Virus record (IMG/VR): IMGVR_UViG_3300037467_000108 | Coordinates: 1 to 28,649 of that record | Source: a virus | Lineage: Duplodnaviria > Caudoviricetes | Length of the DNA: 28,649 bases | Strand: one strand, 5' to 3' | In this document: piece by piece, positions 9,717-18,574 of the stretch | Layout of the letters: each line of letters starts with the position of its first letter | How positions within the stretch are numbered: position 1 is the first letter of the stretch | Position numbers and translations under genes: made by a program | The notes under the pieces: model-generated | What the model was told of the DNA's origin: nothing | The model's database searches: none | What the model saw: only the letters and a program-made list of their open reading frames with translations

Positions 9717-10873
9717 GCGGCGGCGGCGGAAGCAGCACTACTGTTCAGAAAAGCGATCCATGGTCCGGGCAACAACCGTATCTTGAAAACGTATTTTCTG
9801 GTGCACAGAACACTTATAACCAATACGCAGGCAATCCTGCGTCTTCTGTAGCTGGATTCACGCCTGCGCAACAGCAGGCGATTGGCGCGACACAAGGCGT
9901 AGCCAATGGCACCAACTTTGGTAACGCGTCTGGCGTCAACAACGCGGCAGGCAATTACACAACGAATCTACTGAACGGGAATTACCTGAACTCCAACCCA
10001 GGTAACGCCGCGTTTGGCAAGTTCGCTAGTGGCAACATGATGAACAACCCGTACATGACGGGTATGGCGAATGCCGCTGCTGACTCCATCACGCGCGCAT
10101 ATCAGAACGCCACAGCGCCGCAGACTGCTAGCTCTTTCGCTGGTTCAGGACGGTATGGTTCCGGTGCGTATCAGAACGCCGTTAGTCAGAACCAGCAGGA
10201 CCTTGCCACGCAGTTGGGCAATTCGATGAATAACCTATATGGCGGCATGTATCAGAACAACATGTCGAACATGCTGCAGGGTGCGCAAGGTCTTTCTGGC
10301 AACTACAACACGGCTTCGCAGCAGCAGCTTGCGGGTTCTGCGAATGCTCCGAACATCGTCAACTCGGTCAACGGTGCGATCTCGAATTTGTACAACATGG
10401 GCGGCAATCAGCAGGCGCTCAATCAGCAACAGATTAATGCGCCGTGGCAATTGCTCAACAACTACTCGAACCTTATCCAAGGTCAGTACGGCGGCAACGT
10501 GTCTACGCAAACACCGTATTACTCGAACCAGCTGTCTGGCGCGATGGGTGGGGCGATGGGCGGCGCAGCACTCGGTAGCATGCTTAGCAGCGGATCCGGC
10601 TGGGGTACTGGTGCAGGCGCCGCAGCCGGTGGCCTGATGGGTGCGTTCTCTGATAGGCGTCTGAAGACTGACATCAAGAAGACCGGAGAAATCCTTCCGA
10701 ATGGTCTTCCCGTCTACAAGTATCGCTACATCTGGGATACCCCGAAAACAGAGCGCGTTGGCGTTATGGCTGACGATGTGCGCAAGATGGTTCCGGAAGC
10801 TGTTTGGCGCGATTCGAGCGGCTTTGACAAGGTTGATTACAGCATGATCGGAGGCGAGCATGGGCTTGTTTGA
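9713..10873 (+). CDS. Ejection (DNA pilot) protein with C-terminal peptidase S74-like intramolecular chaperone
   Basis: MSGGGGSSTT..DPW..QQPYL start; N/Q/G/A-rich body; glycine zipper followed by SDRRLKTDI..Y.Y.Y..GVMADDV..PEAV..VDY. Confidence 0.8.
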   Translation: MSGGGGSSTTVQKSDPWSGQQPYLENVFSGAQNTYNQYAGNPASSVAGFTPAQQQAIGATQGVANGTNFGNASGVNNAAGNYTTNLLNGNYLNSNPGNAAFGKFASGNMMNNPYMTGMANAAADSITRAYQNATAPQTASSFAGSGRYGSGAYQNAVSQNQQDLATQLGNSMNNLYGGMYQNNMSNMLQGAQGLSGNYNTASQQQLAGSANAPNIVNSVNGAISNLYNMGGNQQALNQQQINAPWQLLNNYSNLIQGQYGGNVSTQTPYYSNQLSGAMGGAMGGAALGSMLSSGSGWGTGAGAAAGGLMGAFSDRRLKTDIKKTGEILPNGLPVYKYRYIWDTPKTERVGVMADDVRKMVPEAVWRDSSGFDKVDYSMIGGEHGLV

Positions 10874-11753
10874 TAGCGTCTTCGGTTTCACAAAAGACAG
10901 TCTAGGTGAGATTGCAAGTCATCCGTGGCAAGCCGCTGGAGCTGCCCTCGGCGTTCCTGGCTATGACCCGTTTTTCGGTGGTCTTTTCAACAACAAGCCG
11001 GGCGGCGCGCTGATCAGCCCAACGGGAAATTTCACGTCCAGCGCTTGGCAAGACATGTACAACCGGAACCCGGGCGATGCCGGGGCCTTGAACACGTTTA
11101 GCGGCATTAATAGCGTTGCAGACAAAGTTGCTCCCGCCGTAGCTGGATATTTCGCAGGTCCCGCGCTCTCTGCGGCAGCCTCGGGATCGGGTGCCGCTGC
11201 CGGTAGTGGAACAGGCTTGGCAAGCGGAGCGACGACTGGCGCCGGAATGGGCGCAGCCAGTAGCGCCGCACCTGAAATGGGCCTTCTTGGCACTGGCGGG
11301 ATGTATGGCACCGCTGCGGCTGCAAATGGCGCAGCCCCTGCCGTATCAAGCATGGGTGGCTTGCTTGGAACTGGCGGCATGTATGGATCTGCTCCGGTAG
11401 ATATGTCGAGCTTTGGGGGCAGCGGTGTATTTGGTGGATCAGCAGCTAACGGCATCGGTGCCGCCCCATCTGGCGCCCCTGTTTTTTCAGATGGTGGCTC
11501 GTTCCTGACCAATGGCACTGGTGGTATGGACTGGTCCAGCATCGCCCAGCAAGCTGGGAAAATGGCGATGAACAATCAACAGCAACAGCAGCAGCGGCAA
11601 CAGATGGGTTTCACTCCGTCGCGCCCGCCAGCTTTAGGTAATCCTGCTGTGCGCAATGCCCCGATTGGGCCTCAAATGCCATACGCGCAGTTCAACGGTT
11701 CGCAGCCTAGCGCGGTCCCCTCGTTCATGCAATTCAGGAGCGCATATGCCTGA
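10860..11753 (+). CDS. Gly/Ala-rich ejection/internal virion protein
   Basis: GGAGG RBS; MGLFDSVFG start; low complexity; duplicated GLLGTGGMYG motif. Confidence 0.7.
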   Translation: MGLFDSVFGFTKDSLGEIASHPWQAAGAALGVPGYDPFFGGLFNNKPGGALISPTGNFTSSAWQDMYNRNPGDAGALNTFSGINSVADKVAPAVAGYFAGPALSAAASGSGAAAGSGTGLASGATTGAGMGAASSAAPEMGLLGTGGMYGTAAAANGAAPAVSSMGGLLGTGGMYGSAPVDMSSFGGSGVFGGSAANGIGAAPSGAPVFSDGGSFLTNGTGGMDWSSIAQQAGKMAMNNQQQQQQRQQMGFTPSRPPALGNPAVRNAPIGPQMPYAQFNGSQPSAVPSFMQFRSAYA

Positions 11754-13662
11754 TCAGTTCGATAGTGGCCTGATGGGCATGTTCTACAACCCGCAAACTG
11801 CTGGGTTGCTTGGTGCCGCACAAGGTCTGCTTGCTGCGTCAGGGCCGTCCCGCTTGCCTATCAGCAATGGTCAGGCATTGGGCATGGGGCTGCAGGGGAT
11901 GCAACAGGGTGTGAATACTGGCGTGCAGATGCAGCAAAACCTGCTCAAGATGCGCGCGATGCAGGGATTGATGGGTGGTGATATGGGGCAACAGGCCCAA
12001 GCGCAACCGCAGCAGCCCACTAGCCTCCTCGGTGTCCCATCCAATCCTTCTAGCGGTCTCTTGTCACCTACTATGGCCCAGAGTGCGCCGCAACCTGCGC
12101 AACAACAGCAGCCGTCTCAAGCTCCGAATTCTTCCATCTACGGCAAGACTCCGCAGCAACTCTTCCAACAAGGCATGTTGATGAACATGGCTGGGATTCA
12201 AGGTGGCGGCGAGCTGATGAAGATTGCCGTTGACCATGACCCGACTCTTGCGGCCATGATGCCCACTGACATTACAAAGATGGGGGTTCAGGGTGGCATG
12301 TCGCCGCAGGACATTCAAGCGGCCAACCGTATGGGCGTGAACAAAGCGAATTACATCGCCCCGGTTAATGCCCGTCCTGGCGCCATCCTGCGTGATCCGA
12401 TGACCATGCAGCCGATGGCATTCAACCCGCATATCCCGGAGGGCGGCACACCGTTGTTTGATGCCTCTGGGAACGTGGTTGGCATCAACTCGATTCCAGG
12501 CGCGACGGGTGTTGTTTCTGGTATGTCTGCGGCTCGCACGGCTGGGGAAGGCTCCATGCTTCCTTATGCTGGGCGCGATGCACAAGGCAATCCATTGCCG
12601 GTTACCAACCGTACCGCAGCCGCCACGCAGCAAGGCGCCACTACTCCGGGTCAGGCTGCCATTGTGCAAACCGAGAGCGGCAGCAATCCAAATGCTGTTT
12701 CGCCCAAGGGTGCGCTCGGTGCTTGGCAGGTCATGCCCAATACCAACGCCAATCCCGGCTTCGGTGTAACGCCAGCGCGTGACAATTCTCCTGCGGAATT
12801 GAACCGGGTTGGCCGAGATTACTACGAGGCCATGAACCAGCGTTATGGTAGTCCTACGCTTGGAGCTATTGCATACAACATGGGGCCGGGAGCTACTGAT
12901 GCATGGCTTAGGAGCGGCGCACAGTGGGAAAAACTCCCGCAGGAAACACGCAATTACATCGGCAAGGTCAGCACGCTCACAGCATTGAACGGCATGCCGC
13001 AACAGCCCCAGCAAGGACAACCAGCTGGGGCAATTTACGCTGAACCTCCAATGGGCGCAAGAACAGCGGCAGATGCATCCCAAGGTGCGCCCAGCAAGCA
13101 AATGGCGGATGCTTACAGCACGCTTTCAAGTTCAGATGCCAACTATCAACAGTCGCGCGAAGCTTTGGCAGAGATGCTGCACCTTGCGAATAGCAAAGGC
13201 TTAAGCGGTGGGATTGTCGGTGGCACCCTGCCAGAAAGCATAAGCACACGCATTAGCCCGGATGCCGCCAAGTACCAAAAGCTGCACGCAACCTACGTTG
13301 CATTGCAGGGTAAGGCGCTGGGTTCTGGTGGCACGGACGCTGCTCGAGCGACGATTGATGAGGCCGTCCCTACCTACGACAAGCCGCAATCTGCGATGGT
13401 GAGCGGCCTGGGCACGCAGCTAAACAACCTAGACATCTCGCACCTGAAAACACAGTTTCTAACGCCGGTATATCAACGAGGCGACGAAAAAGCGTTCACG
13501 CAGCAGTCCGCCGCGTTCGATCAGAACGTCAAGCCGTCCATGGCACCAGTCCTGATGATGAATGGCCCGCAGCAACGGGCGGCAGTTCAGGCTGCGATCA
13601 AGGCCAATCCCTCCCTGCGTGCTAACTTCGAGTGGGCATTCAATAATGGGCTGCTGAAATGA
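11746..13662 (+). CDS. Ejection protein with soluble lytic transglycosylase (SLT) domain
   Basis: Start reassigned to ATG 11746 (AGGAG RBS); IVQTESGSNPNAVSPKGALGAWQVMP, AYNMGPG, ETRNYIGKV are SLT motifs. Confidence 0.85.
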   Translation: MPDQFDSGLMGMFYNPQTAGLLGAAQGLLAASGPSRLPISNGQALGMGLQGMQQGVNTGVQMQQNLLKMRAMQGLMGGDMGQQAQAQPQQPTSLLGVPSNPSSGLLSPTMAQSAPQPAQQQQPSQAPNSSIYGKTPQQLFQQGMLMNMAGIQGGGELMKIAVDHDPTLAAMMPTDITKMGVQGGMSPQDIQAANRMGVNKANYIAPVNARPGAILRDPMTMQPMAFNPHIPEGGTPLFDASGNVVGINSIPGATGVVSGMSAARTAGEGSMLPYAGRDAQGNPLPVTNRTAAATQQGATTPGQAAIVQTESGSNPNAVSPKGALGAWQVMPNTNANPGFGVTPARDNSPAELNRVGRDYYEAMNQRYGSPTLGAIAYNMGPGATDAWLRSGAQWEKLPQETRNYIGKVSTLTALNGMPQQPQQGQPAGAIYAEPPMGARTAADASQGAPSKQMADAYSTLSSSDANYQQSREALAEMLHLANSKGLSGGIVGGTLPESISTRISPDAAKYQKLHATYVALQGKALGSGGTDAARATIDEAVPTYDKPQSAMVSGLGTQLNNLDISHLKTQFLTPVYQRGDEKAFTQQSAAFDQNVKPSMAPVLMMNGPQQRAAVQAAIKANPSLRANFEWAFNNGLLK

Positions 13663-15608
13663 GCGCATTTGATGATTACCTGAACGCAGGGCAGCCCCAA
13701 GGGCAAGTGCAGAGTTTTGACTCCTATATAGGAGATCAGTCGGCAACAGCACAGCAAGCGGCGACGCCTGCAGTTCCACCGGTCATGCGGGCACCCAAAA
13801 CAAAGGCTTCCGATCCTGGCAGTCTTACATCGTTTGGTGCTGGGCTCGGCAAAGGATTCGGCTCGACCGTGTTGGGTGTACAGCAACTTCTTGGGCATGG
13901 CATTACTGCACTTGGCTCTAATACTGTTGGCCCGTGGCTGTCCCAAGACGCTGAACAAGGCCTAAAGAAACTGAGCGGGGAATACTCACCATATTCTGAT
14001 GCCCACCCTGTTGCAGCTGGGGCCGGAAATATCGGCGGAATGATGGTTGGTACTGCCCCGACGATGATGATTGGTCCTGGATATGCCGGGCTGTCGCTTG
14101 CTGGTCGCATAGGCCTTGGAGCCGCGCAAGGGGCAGCCGGTGCAGCAATGATGCCGGTAGAAAATTCATCTCAGCCGCCAACACTTCGCAATTTGGTGAC
14201 TGGTGAGGTTCCGCAAGGAAATGACTACTGGGCAGAAAAAGCCAAGCAAGTAGGAATCGGCGGAGCCCTTGGCGCAGGTTTGCCGCTTGTTACGGCTGGG
14301 GCATCAGCAGCTGGGCGTGGTCTATGGAATGCAGTTAAACCGGTGGTTCAGCCTACGCGCTTTGTCGGTGAGGGGCTGGCTGGTGCTATGGATCCCGTTG
14401 AAGCGTCTCTGGCTGCATCAAATATCCGCAGCTCGCCCACTTTCGTTCCCGGGTCTCAGCCAACCACAGCACAAGCGGCACAAACGCCGTTCATGGTTCA
14501 GACCGAGAAGGCTGCCGGAAATATTCCTGCTTTCAAGACGGCAGCTGCTCAGCGTGCGATAGACAATAATGGTGCCCGCTGGCAGGCTCTAATGGGCGTT
14601 GCCAAGGATGAAGCTGCTCTGAAAGCTGCTCAAGCTGCACGCAGTTCTGCGGCTGATCCTTTGTATGCGGCGGCCGGGGCACAAACTGCAAATGTGGGCC
14701 CAGGTTTTATGCGCTTAGCGCAACGCCCGGCATTCCAGCAAGCGATGCAACAAGCTGAAAGCTTGGCTCAAAATCGTGGCGAACAGCTTGTTTGGCCGCA
14801 GCAGGGTGGCAGCATGGCTATCAGTGGTAAGGCACTTGATTACACCAATCAAGCCCTTGGCGACATGATCGGCAGTGCAAAGGCGTCGGGCAATAACTCG
14901 CTGGCCTCTGGTCTTGCTGACGCGCAATCTAAGCTGCAAGCATGGACGCAACGCTACATTCCAATGCAGCGTAAGGCAGCTCAGACATATGCACAAATGA
15001 GTGTTCCGGTGAACACGATGGAGGTTGGTCAGCAAATTGCCAACAACCTTGGTACTCGAGCCATGAATGCAGGTGGCGTACCTGAGATTCCCTTGATGTC
15101 GTATAGGTCGGCGCTCACGTCCGCCATGAACAGGGGGAACGCGGCTAAGTACGGGATCGATGCCAATGCTCTAAATGCGTTACAGGGGATTGGCCAAGAC
15201 CTTCAGCGTGCCACGGTATCAAACTCAATCCGCACTCCTGGGAGTGACACGGCTTACAACCTAGCAGCCAATGGCTGGTTAGCGCGCAATCTGTATGGCC
15301 CAAATTTCCAAGGCGCTACCGGCATCGGCAAAACGCTTGCCGCTGGCGCTACCGCTATGAGCGGCCATCCTCTGGCGGCGCTTGGTGTATTCGGTGGCGC
15401 AAATAAGCTTGGGCAGGTCGTTGGCGGGCGGTTGCAAGATCGCCTAACGGGTCTTTTGATGGACCCGAACGCGATCCTTCCGTATCTCGATGCTCGTGCC
15501 GCTGCGGCCGCGCAGGCGGCTCCAAATCCTCTTGTGCAGGGGCTCTTGAACTATGGGCGTCCAGCCCTTGTAAATGGATTCAGTGGCAGCCTTAACAAAG
15601 CCAACTAG
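13659..15608 (+). CDS. Large ejection / DNA transfer protein
   Basis: 649 aa Ala/Gly-rich helical protein, ATGA overlap, PGSDTA motif; last gene of the internal-protein cluster. Confidence 0.75.
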   Translation: MSAFDDYLNAGQPQGQVQSFDSYIGDQSATAQQAATPAVPPVMRAPKTKASDPGSLTSFGAGLGKGFGSTVLGVQQLLGHGITALGSNTVGPWLSQDAEQGLKKLSGEYSPYSDAHPVAAGAGNIGGMMVGTAPTMMIGPGYAGLSLAGRIGLGAAQGAAGAAMMPVENSSQPPTLRNLVTGEVPQGNDYWAEKAKQVGIGGALGAGLPLVTAGASAAGRGLWNAVKPVVQPTRFVGEGLAGAMDPVEASLAASNIRSSPTFVPGSQPTTAQAAQTPFMVQTEKAAGNIPAFKTAAAQRAIDNNGARWQALMGVAKDEAALKAAQAARSSAADPLYAAAGAQTANVGPGFMRLAQRPAFQQAMQQAESLAQNRGEQLVWPQQGGSMAISGKALDYTNQALGDMIGSAKASGNNSLASGLADAQSKLQAWTQRYIPMQRKAAQTYAQMSVPVNTMEVGQQIANNLGTRAMNAGGVPEIPLMSYRSALTSAMNRGNAAKYGIDANALNALQGIGQDLQRATVSNSIRTPGSDTAYNLAANGWLARNLYGPNFQGATGIGKTLAAGATAMSGHPLAALGVFGGANKLGQVVGGRLQDRLTGLLMDPNAILPYLDARAAAAAQAAPNPLVQGLLNYGRPALVNGFSGSLNKAN

Positions 15609-15680
15609 GAATGCCACTACAGCAGCTATTGCCAGCTTGATGAGCCCAAGCTGAACGATTGATTCCATATTCGGGCTCAT
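15444..15680 (-). CDS. Putative small single-pass membrane protein, antisense to late operon
   Basis: GGAGGG RBS just before ATG; hydrophobic IVQLGLIKLAIAAVVAFLVGFV segment mostly encoded in the otherwise empty gap; basic tail overlaps the upstream gene end by 165 nt. Confidence 0.55.
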   Translation of the reverse strand: MSPNMESIVQLGLIKLAIAAVVAFLVGFVKAATESIYKGWTPIVQEPLHKRIWSRLRGRSGTSIEIRKDRVRVHQKTR

Positions 15681-15697
15681 TCGCCCTCCGCAAACAG

Positions 15698-15721
15698 AAC
15701 CCGCCTACATGGCGGGTTTTT
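15698..15721 (+). terminator. Rho-independent terminator
   Basis: AACCCGCC-TACAT-GGCGGGTT hairpin followed by T run. Confidence 0.75.
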
Positions 15722-15739
15722 CATTATAGGTGATCCGAA

Positions 15740-16630
15740 ATGGCACTTTGGCAATGGTCAACGACGCCAGCGAACAACGCTACTGCGGCTACCGCCATCA
15801 ACTGGGCGGAAGGCCAGCCGCCTAGCTCTGTGAACGACAGCGCACGTCAGATGATGGCTGATGTGGCTGCATGGTATCAGGTTGGGCCTGAGTGGCTTAA
15901 CTACGGTTTGCCCCCTACCTATGTGAGTTCGACTCAGTTCACAGTACCAGGCAATCAAACTACGATCTACTCATTGGGCCGCCGTGTAAAAGCCACTGTT
16001 GCTGCGGGAACCATATATGGGTCTATTTCGGCATCATCATATGGATCTTCTACTGCTGTAACTGTGGCCTGGGATTCTGGCCATTTAGACAATGGCGTTT
16101 CCGAGGTTGATGTTGGAATTCTCAACCCGCTATTTTCTTCACTGCCCACTATTTCCACTCTTTCTGTTGGCTCTCTTTCCGTAACTGGAGCTAATGGCAT
16201 CAACCTCCCCAATCAGGTTTCGCCAAATGTCGCGTCAGTTCGGTTTGGTGACGGCACGGGCTGGACACTCAGATTTCAAAAGCTCGATGGTAGCTCCACT
16301 TTCGCGACACTAAAAGATACGGGGGATTTGTCCCTGAACGGCGTGCTTACAGCCGCATCAGACGAACGGCTGAAAACGGACTGGGAGGCGCTGCCGGAAG
16401 ACATCATCGAGCAGGCAGCCGGTGTTCTGTCCGGACTATTCACGCGGATTTCCACCGGCACGCGAGAGGCGGGTGTGGGCGCGCAGTCGCTTCAAAAGGT
16501 ACTGCCCCAGGTCGTGCATCAAGGCGAGCATTTGTCAGTTGCCTACGGCAATGCCGCGCTTGTTCTGGCCATCAAGCTGTGTCAGCGCATCGTCAAGCTG
16601 CAAAAACGCATTGAAACGCTGGAGGCATAA
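15740..16630 (+). CDS. Tail fibre protein with C-terminal peptidase S74 chaperone
   Basis: WSTTPANN...WAEGQPPSSVNDSARQMMA N-terminus; SDERLKTD..GVGAQSLQKVLP..LSVAYGN plus terminal coiled coil. Confidence 0.85.
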   Translation: MALWQWSTTPANNATAATAINWAEGQPPSSVNDSARQMMADVAAWYQVGPEWLNYGLPPTYVSSTQFTVPGNQTTIYSLGRRVKATVAAGTIYGSISASSYGSSTAVTVAWDSGHLDNGVSEVDVGILNPLFSSLPTISTLSVGSLSVTGANGINLPNQVSPNVASVRFGDGTGWTLRFQKLDGSSTFATLKDTGDLSLNGVLTAASDERLKTDWEALPEDIIEQAAGVLSGLFTRISTGTREAGVGAQSLQKVLPQVVHQGEHLSVAYGNAALVLAIKLCQRIVKLQKRIETLEA

Positions 16631-16633
16631 GCA

Positions 16634-17170
16634 ATGACGCTTCCAACTTCCGGGGCAATCAGCACGTCAAACATCAATACAGAGTTCAACCGCACTGGTT
16701 CTTTGAGCATTCCCAGCCAAGCTGTGTTGGCGCTTGCCGGCAAATCTAGTGGCTCTATCACGCTTCCCAATGATTTGTATGGAAAGGTCGGAAAGATAAC
16801 AGGTGTAGAGGCGGCACATGAATATGGCACCGGCACTCCGTCAAAAGACGAATACATATCGCTTGTACCGGCTAACACTACTTGGCTGGGAAAACCGACC
16901 TATAGCCAGTTTGTTACGCAATGGCAATCTAGCCCCGGTGTGTGGGTTGTAGATGTTCTATTGAACACTTCTACAGCTGCGCTTTATACCGGTCAGATTC
17001 GCGTAGTCAACAACTCCACAGGGGTTGCCAAAATCCTCACTTATGCAGGCCCGGTGAATGATGCTCTCGGCAATCTTACACGTTGGCGCTCTGCGACTGC
17101 AGGAAGCCGCGACGATATCTTTATGCGTGTCGGTATCAGTGATTCCTACGTAGTCCACCCATATTTTTGA
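16634..17170 (+). CDS. Tail fibre tip adhesin / receptor-binding protein
   Basis: MTLPTSGAISTSNINTEF...ITLPNDLYGK N-terminal module typical of small adhesins downstream of S74 fibres. Confidence 0.65.
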   Translation: MTLPTSGAISTSNINTEFNRTGSLSIPSQAVLALAGKSSGSITLPNDLYGKVGKITGVEAAHEYGTGTPSKDEYISLVPANTTWLGKPTYSQFVTQWQSSPGVWVVDVLLNTSTAALYTGQIRVVNNSTGVAKILTYAGPVNDALGNLTRWRSATAGSRDDIFMRVGISDSYVVHPYF

Positions 17171-17204
17171 AATCAAGCCAAGCGCATAAACCTAGGGAGT
17201 TCAA

Positions 17205-17378
17205 ATGCCAGAAGACATTAAAAGCAACCTGGACAAAGAGGTTGTCAAAGAGGCCATCAAAGAATGGATGGATGACCAGATGAAAGCCGTTGGATGGTGG
17301 ACATTCAAGGGTTTGATGTCCTTGGCATTTGGCGGGGCATGCTACTTGGCCGCAATCAAATTGGGCTGGGGCAAATGA
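17205..17378 (+). CDS. Putative holin/antiholin-like small membrane protein (57 aa; not in ORF track)
   Basis: Manual translation MPEDIKSNLDKEVVKEAIKEWMDDQMKAVGWWTFKGLMSLAFGGACYLAAIKLGWGK; GGGAG RBS; stop overlaps endolysin start (ATGA). Confidence 0.7.
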   Translation: MPEDIKSNLDKEVVKEAIKEWMDDQMKAVGWWTFKGLMSLAFGGACYLAAIKLGWGK

Positions 17379-17818
17379 ACTACGAACTGCTCAAGGCGGA
17401 TCTCCGCCGCGATGAGGGCGTGCGCAACAGGCGGTATCTAGATTCACAAGGCATTCCGACTATTGGTGTCGGCCACAACATTCAGGCTGACCCGCACTAC
17501 CCGTACACAGAGGCAGATGAGCCCTTGTCGGATGACCGGATCGAAAGCCTTTTGAATCGAGACATCGCCATCGCCGTGATGACGCTGGATGAATATGCCA
17601 ACTGGTGGAGAGCCATGGAGGAACCTAGGCAACGGGTTCTTGCAAACATGGTGTTCAACATGGGCTGGGGCGCGCTCAAGGGCTTCAAGAACACGTTAGA
17701 CGCTATGCACTTCGCCAAGTACGACATTGCGGCGGCGGGGTTGCGAGCATCGAAGTGGTATTCGCAGGTTGGCGCACGTGCTGAACGTCTCGCCAAGATC
17801 ATGGAAGAAGGGGCATGA
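17375..17818 (+). CDS. Endolysin, T4-lysozyme-like muramidase (GH24)
   Basis: Start reassigned to ATG 17375; DEG.....YLDSQGIPTIGVGH (E-x8-D-x5-T triad), NMVFNMG, SKWYSQVGARAERL. Confidence 0.92.
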   Translation: MNYELLKADLRRDEGVRNRRYLDSQGIPTIGVGHNIQADPHYPYTEADEPLSDDRIESLLNRDIAIAVMTLDEYANWWRAMEEPRQRVLANMVFNMGWGALKGFKNTLDAMHFAKYDIAAAGLRASKWYSQVGARAERLAKIMEEGA

Positions 17819-17819
17819 A

Positions 17820-18344
17820 ATGGAATGGAAAGACCTTGCGGCAGACGTTGCGAAAGCCGCTCCGATACTTGGCGGCCTGCTTGGCGGCCCCGCTGGTGCT
17901 GCTGTTGGTGGCCTTATTGCTTCGGCGCTTGGAATGTCAAACGACCCGGCGCAAATCTCCGCAGCCCTAGCTACCAATCCAGACGCATTCGTCAAGCTCA
18001 AGCAGATTGAATCCGAGCAGGCCGTCCGTCTGCGTGAATTGGCCGTAACCGCTGAAAGCAACCGGCTGCAGACCGAAAGCGCCCAGCTTGCCACGGTCAA
18101 CACATCAATTCAGGCTGAAACCAAGTCGGATCACTGGCCCACCTATGCATGGCGCCCGTTCATCGGTTTCGTCACCGGCGTCATGGTGTTTGGCTGTTAC
18201 TTCGTTTTGCCGTTGGTCAAGATTCCGGTTCCCTCTGTTCCTGAATCCGTGTGGATCATGCTGGGGTCAATCCTTGGCGTGGCCTCGTTCTGGCGCGGCA
18301 AGATGCAAGCCGATCCGAATGTCAAAGCTGACGGGCGAGGTTGA
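17820..18344 (+). CDS. Putative holin, GTA-type 3TM family
   Basis: Start reassigned to ATG 17820; glycine zipper APILGGLLGGPAGAAVG, coiled coil, SDHW...WRPFIG and two C-terminal TM segments. Confidence 0.7.
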   Translation: MEWKDLAADVAKAAPILGGLLGGPAGAAVGGLIASALGMSNDPAQISAALATNPDAFVKLKQIESEQAVRLRELAVTAESNRLQTESAQLATVNTSIQAETKSDHWPTYAWRPFIGFVTGVMVFGCYFVLPLVKIPVPSVPESVWIMLGSILGVASFWRGKMQADPNVKADGRG

Positions 18345-18346
18345 TC

Positions 18347-18574
18347 ATGCTGAGCCGCTACATCATGAACTGGCTGCGCTGGTGGGATCAGGGTTTGAAT
18401 GTACTGACCGGTGGCGATAGCCTAGAAACGCTCAGCAGCCGAGCCGGGAAAGCACAACGCGAAGGCAAGCGCTGGGGCTGTTACCTTTGCCGCTTCCTAG
18501 ACCTGTTCCAGCGCAACCATTGCGAACGCTCCATCAATCCAGATGACGGAGCGAACGCAACCATCCCGGACTGA
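18347..18574 (+). CDS. Conserved small phage protein at end of lysis cassette
   Basis: GAGG RBS; DQGLNVLTGGD..ETLSSRAG...LC.FLD....HC..SI pattern. Confidence 0.75.
   Translation: MLSRYIMNWLRWWDQGLNVLTGGDSLETLSSRAGKAQREGKRWGCYLCRFLDLFQRNHCERSINPDDGANATIPD

Noticed and set aside
10235-13101. Long - strand ORFs (10235-10891, 10961-11575, 12064-13101)
   Set aside because: Antisense shadows of ejection protein genes with no independent RBS or domain evidence
15740-17170. Diversity-generating retroelement or invertible tail-fibre cassette
   Set aside because: No reverse transcriptase, invertase, template/variable repeat pair or flanking inverted repeats seen in this window
17294-17374. N-terminal extension (possible SAR/signal) on the endolysin
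   Set aside because: This stretch belongs to the 57-aa upstream gene in another frame; the ATGA overlap at 17375 is the better start
17825-18420. Embedded o-spanin in alternative frames (17825-18010, 18088-18420)
   Set aside because: Neither has a hydrophobic signal followed by a valid lipobox
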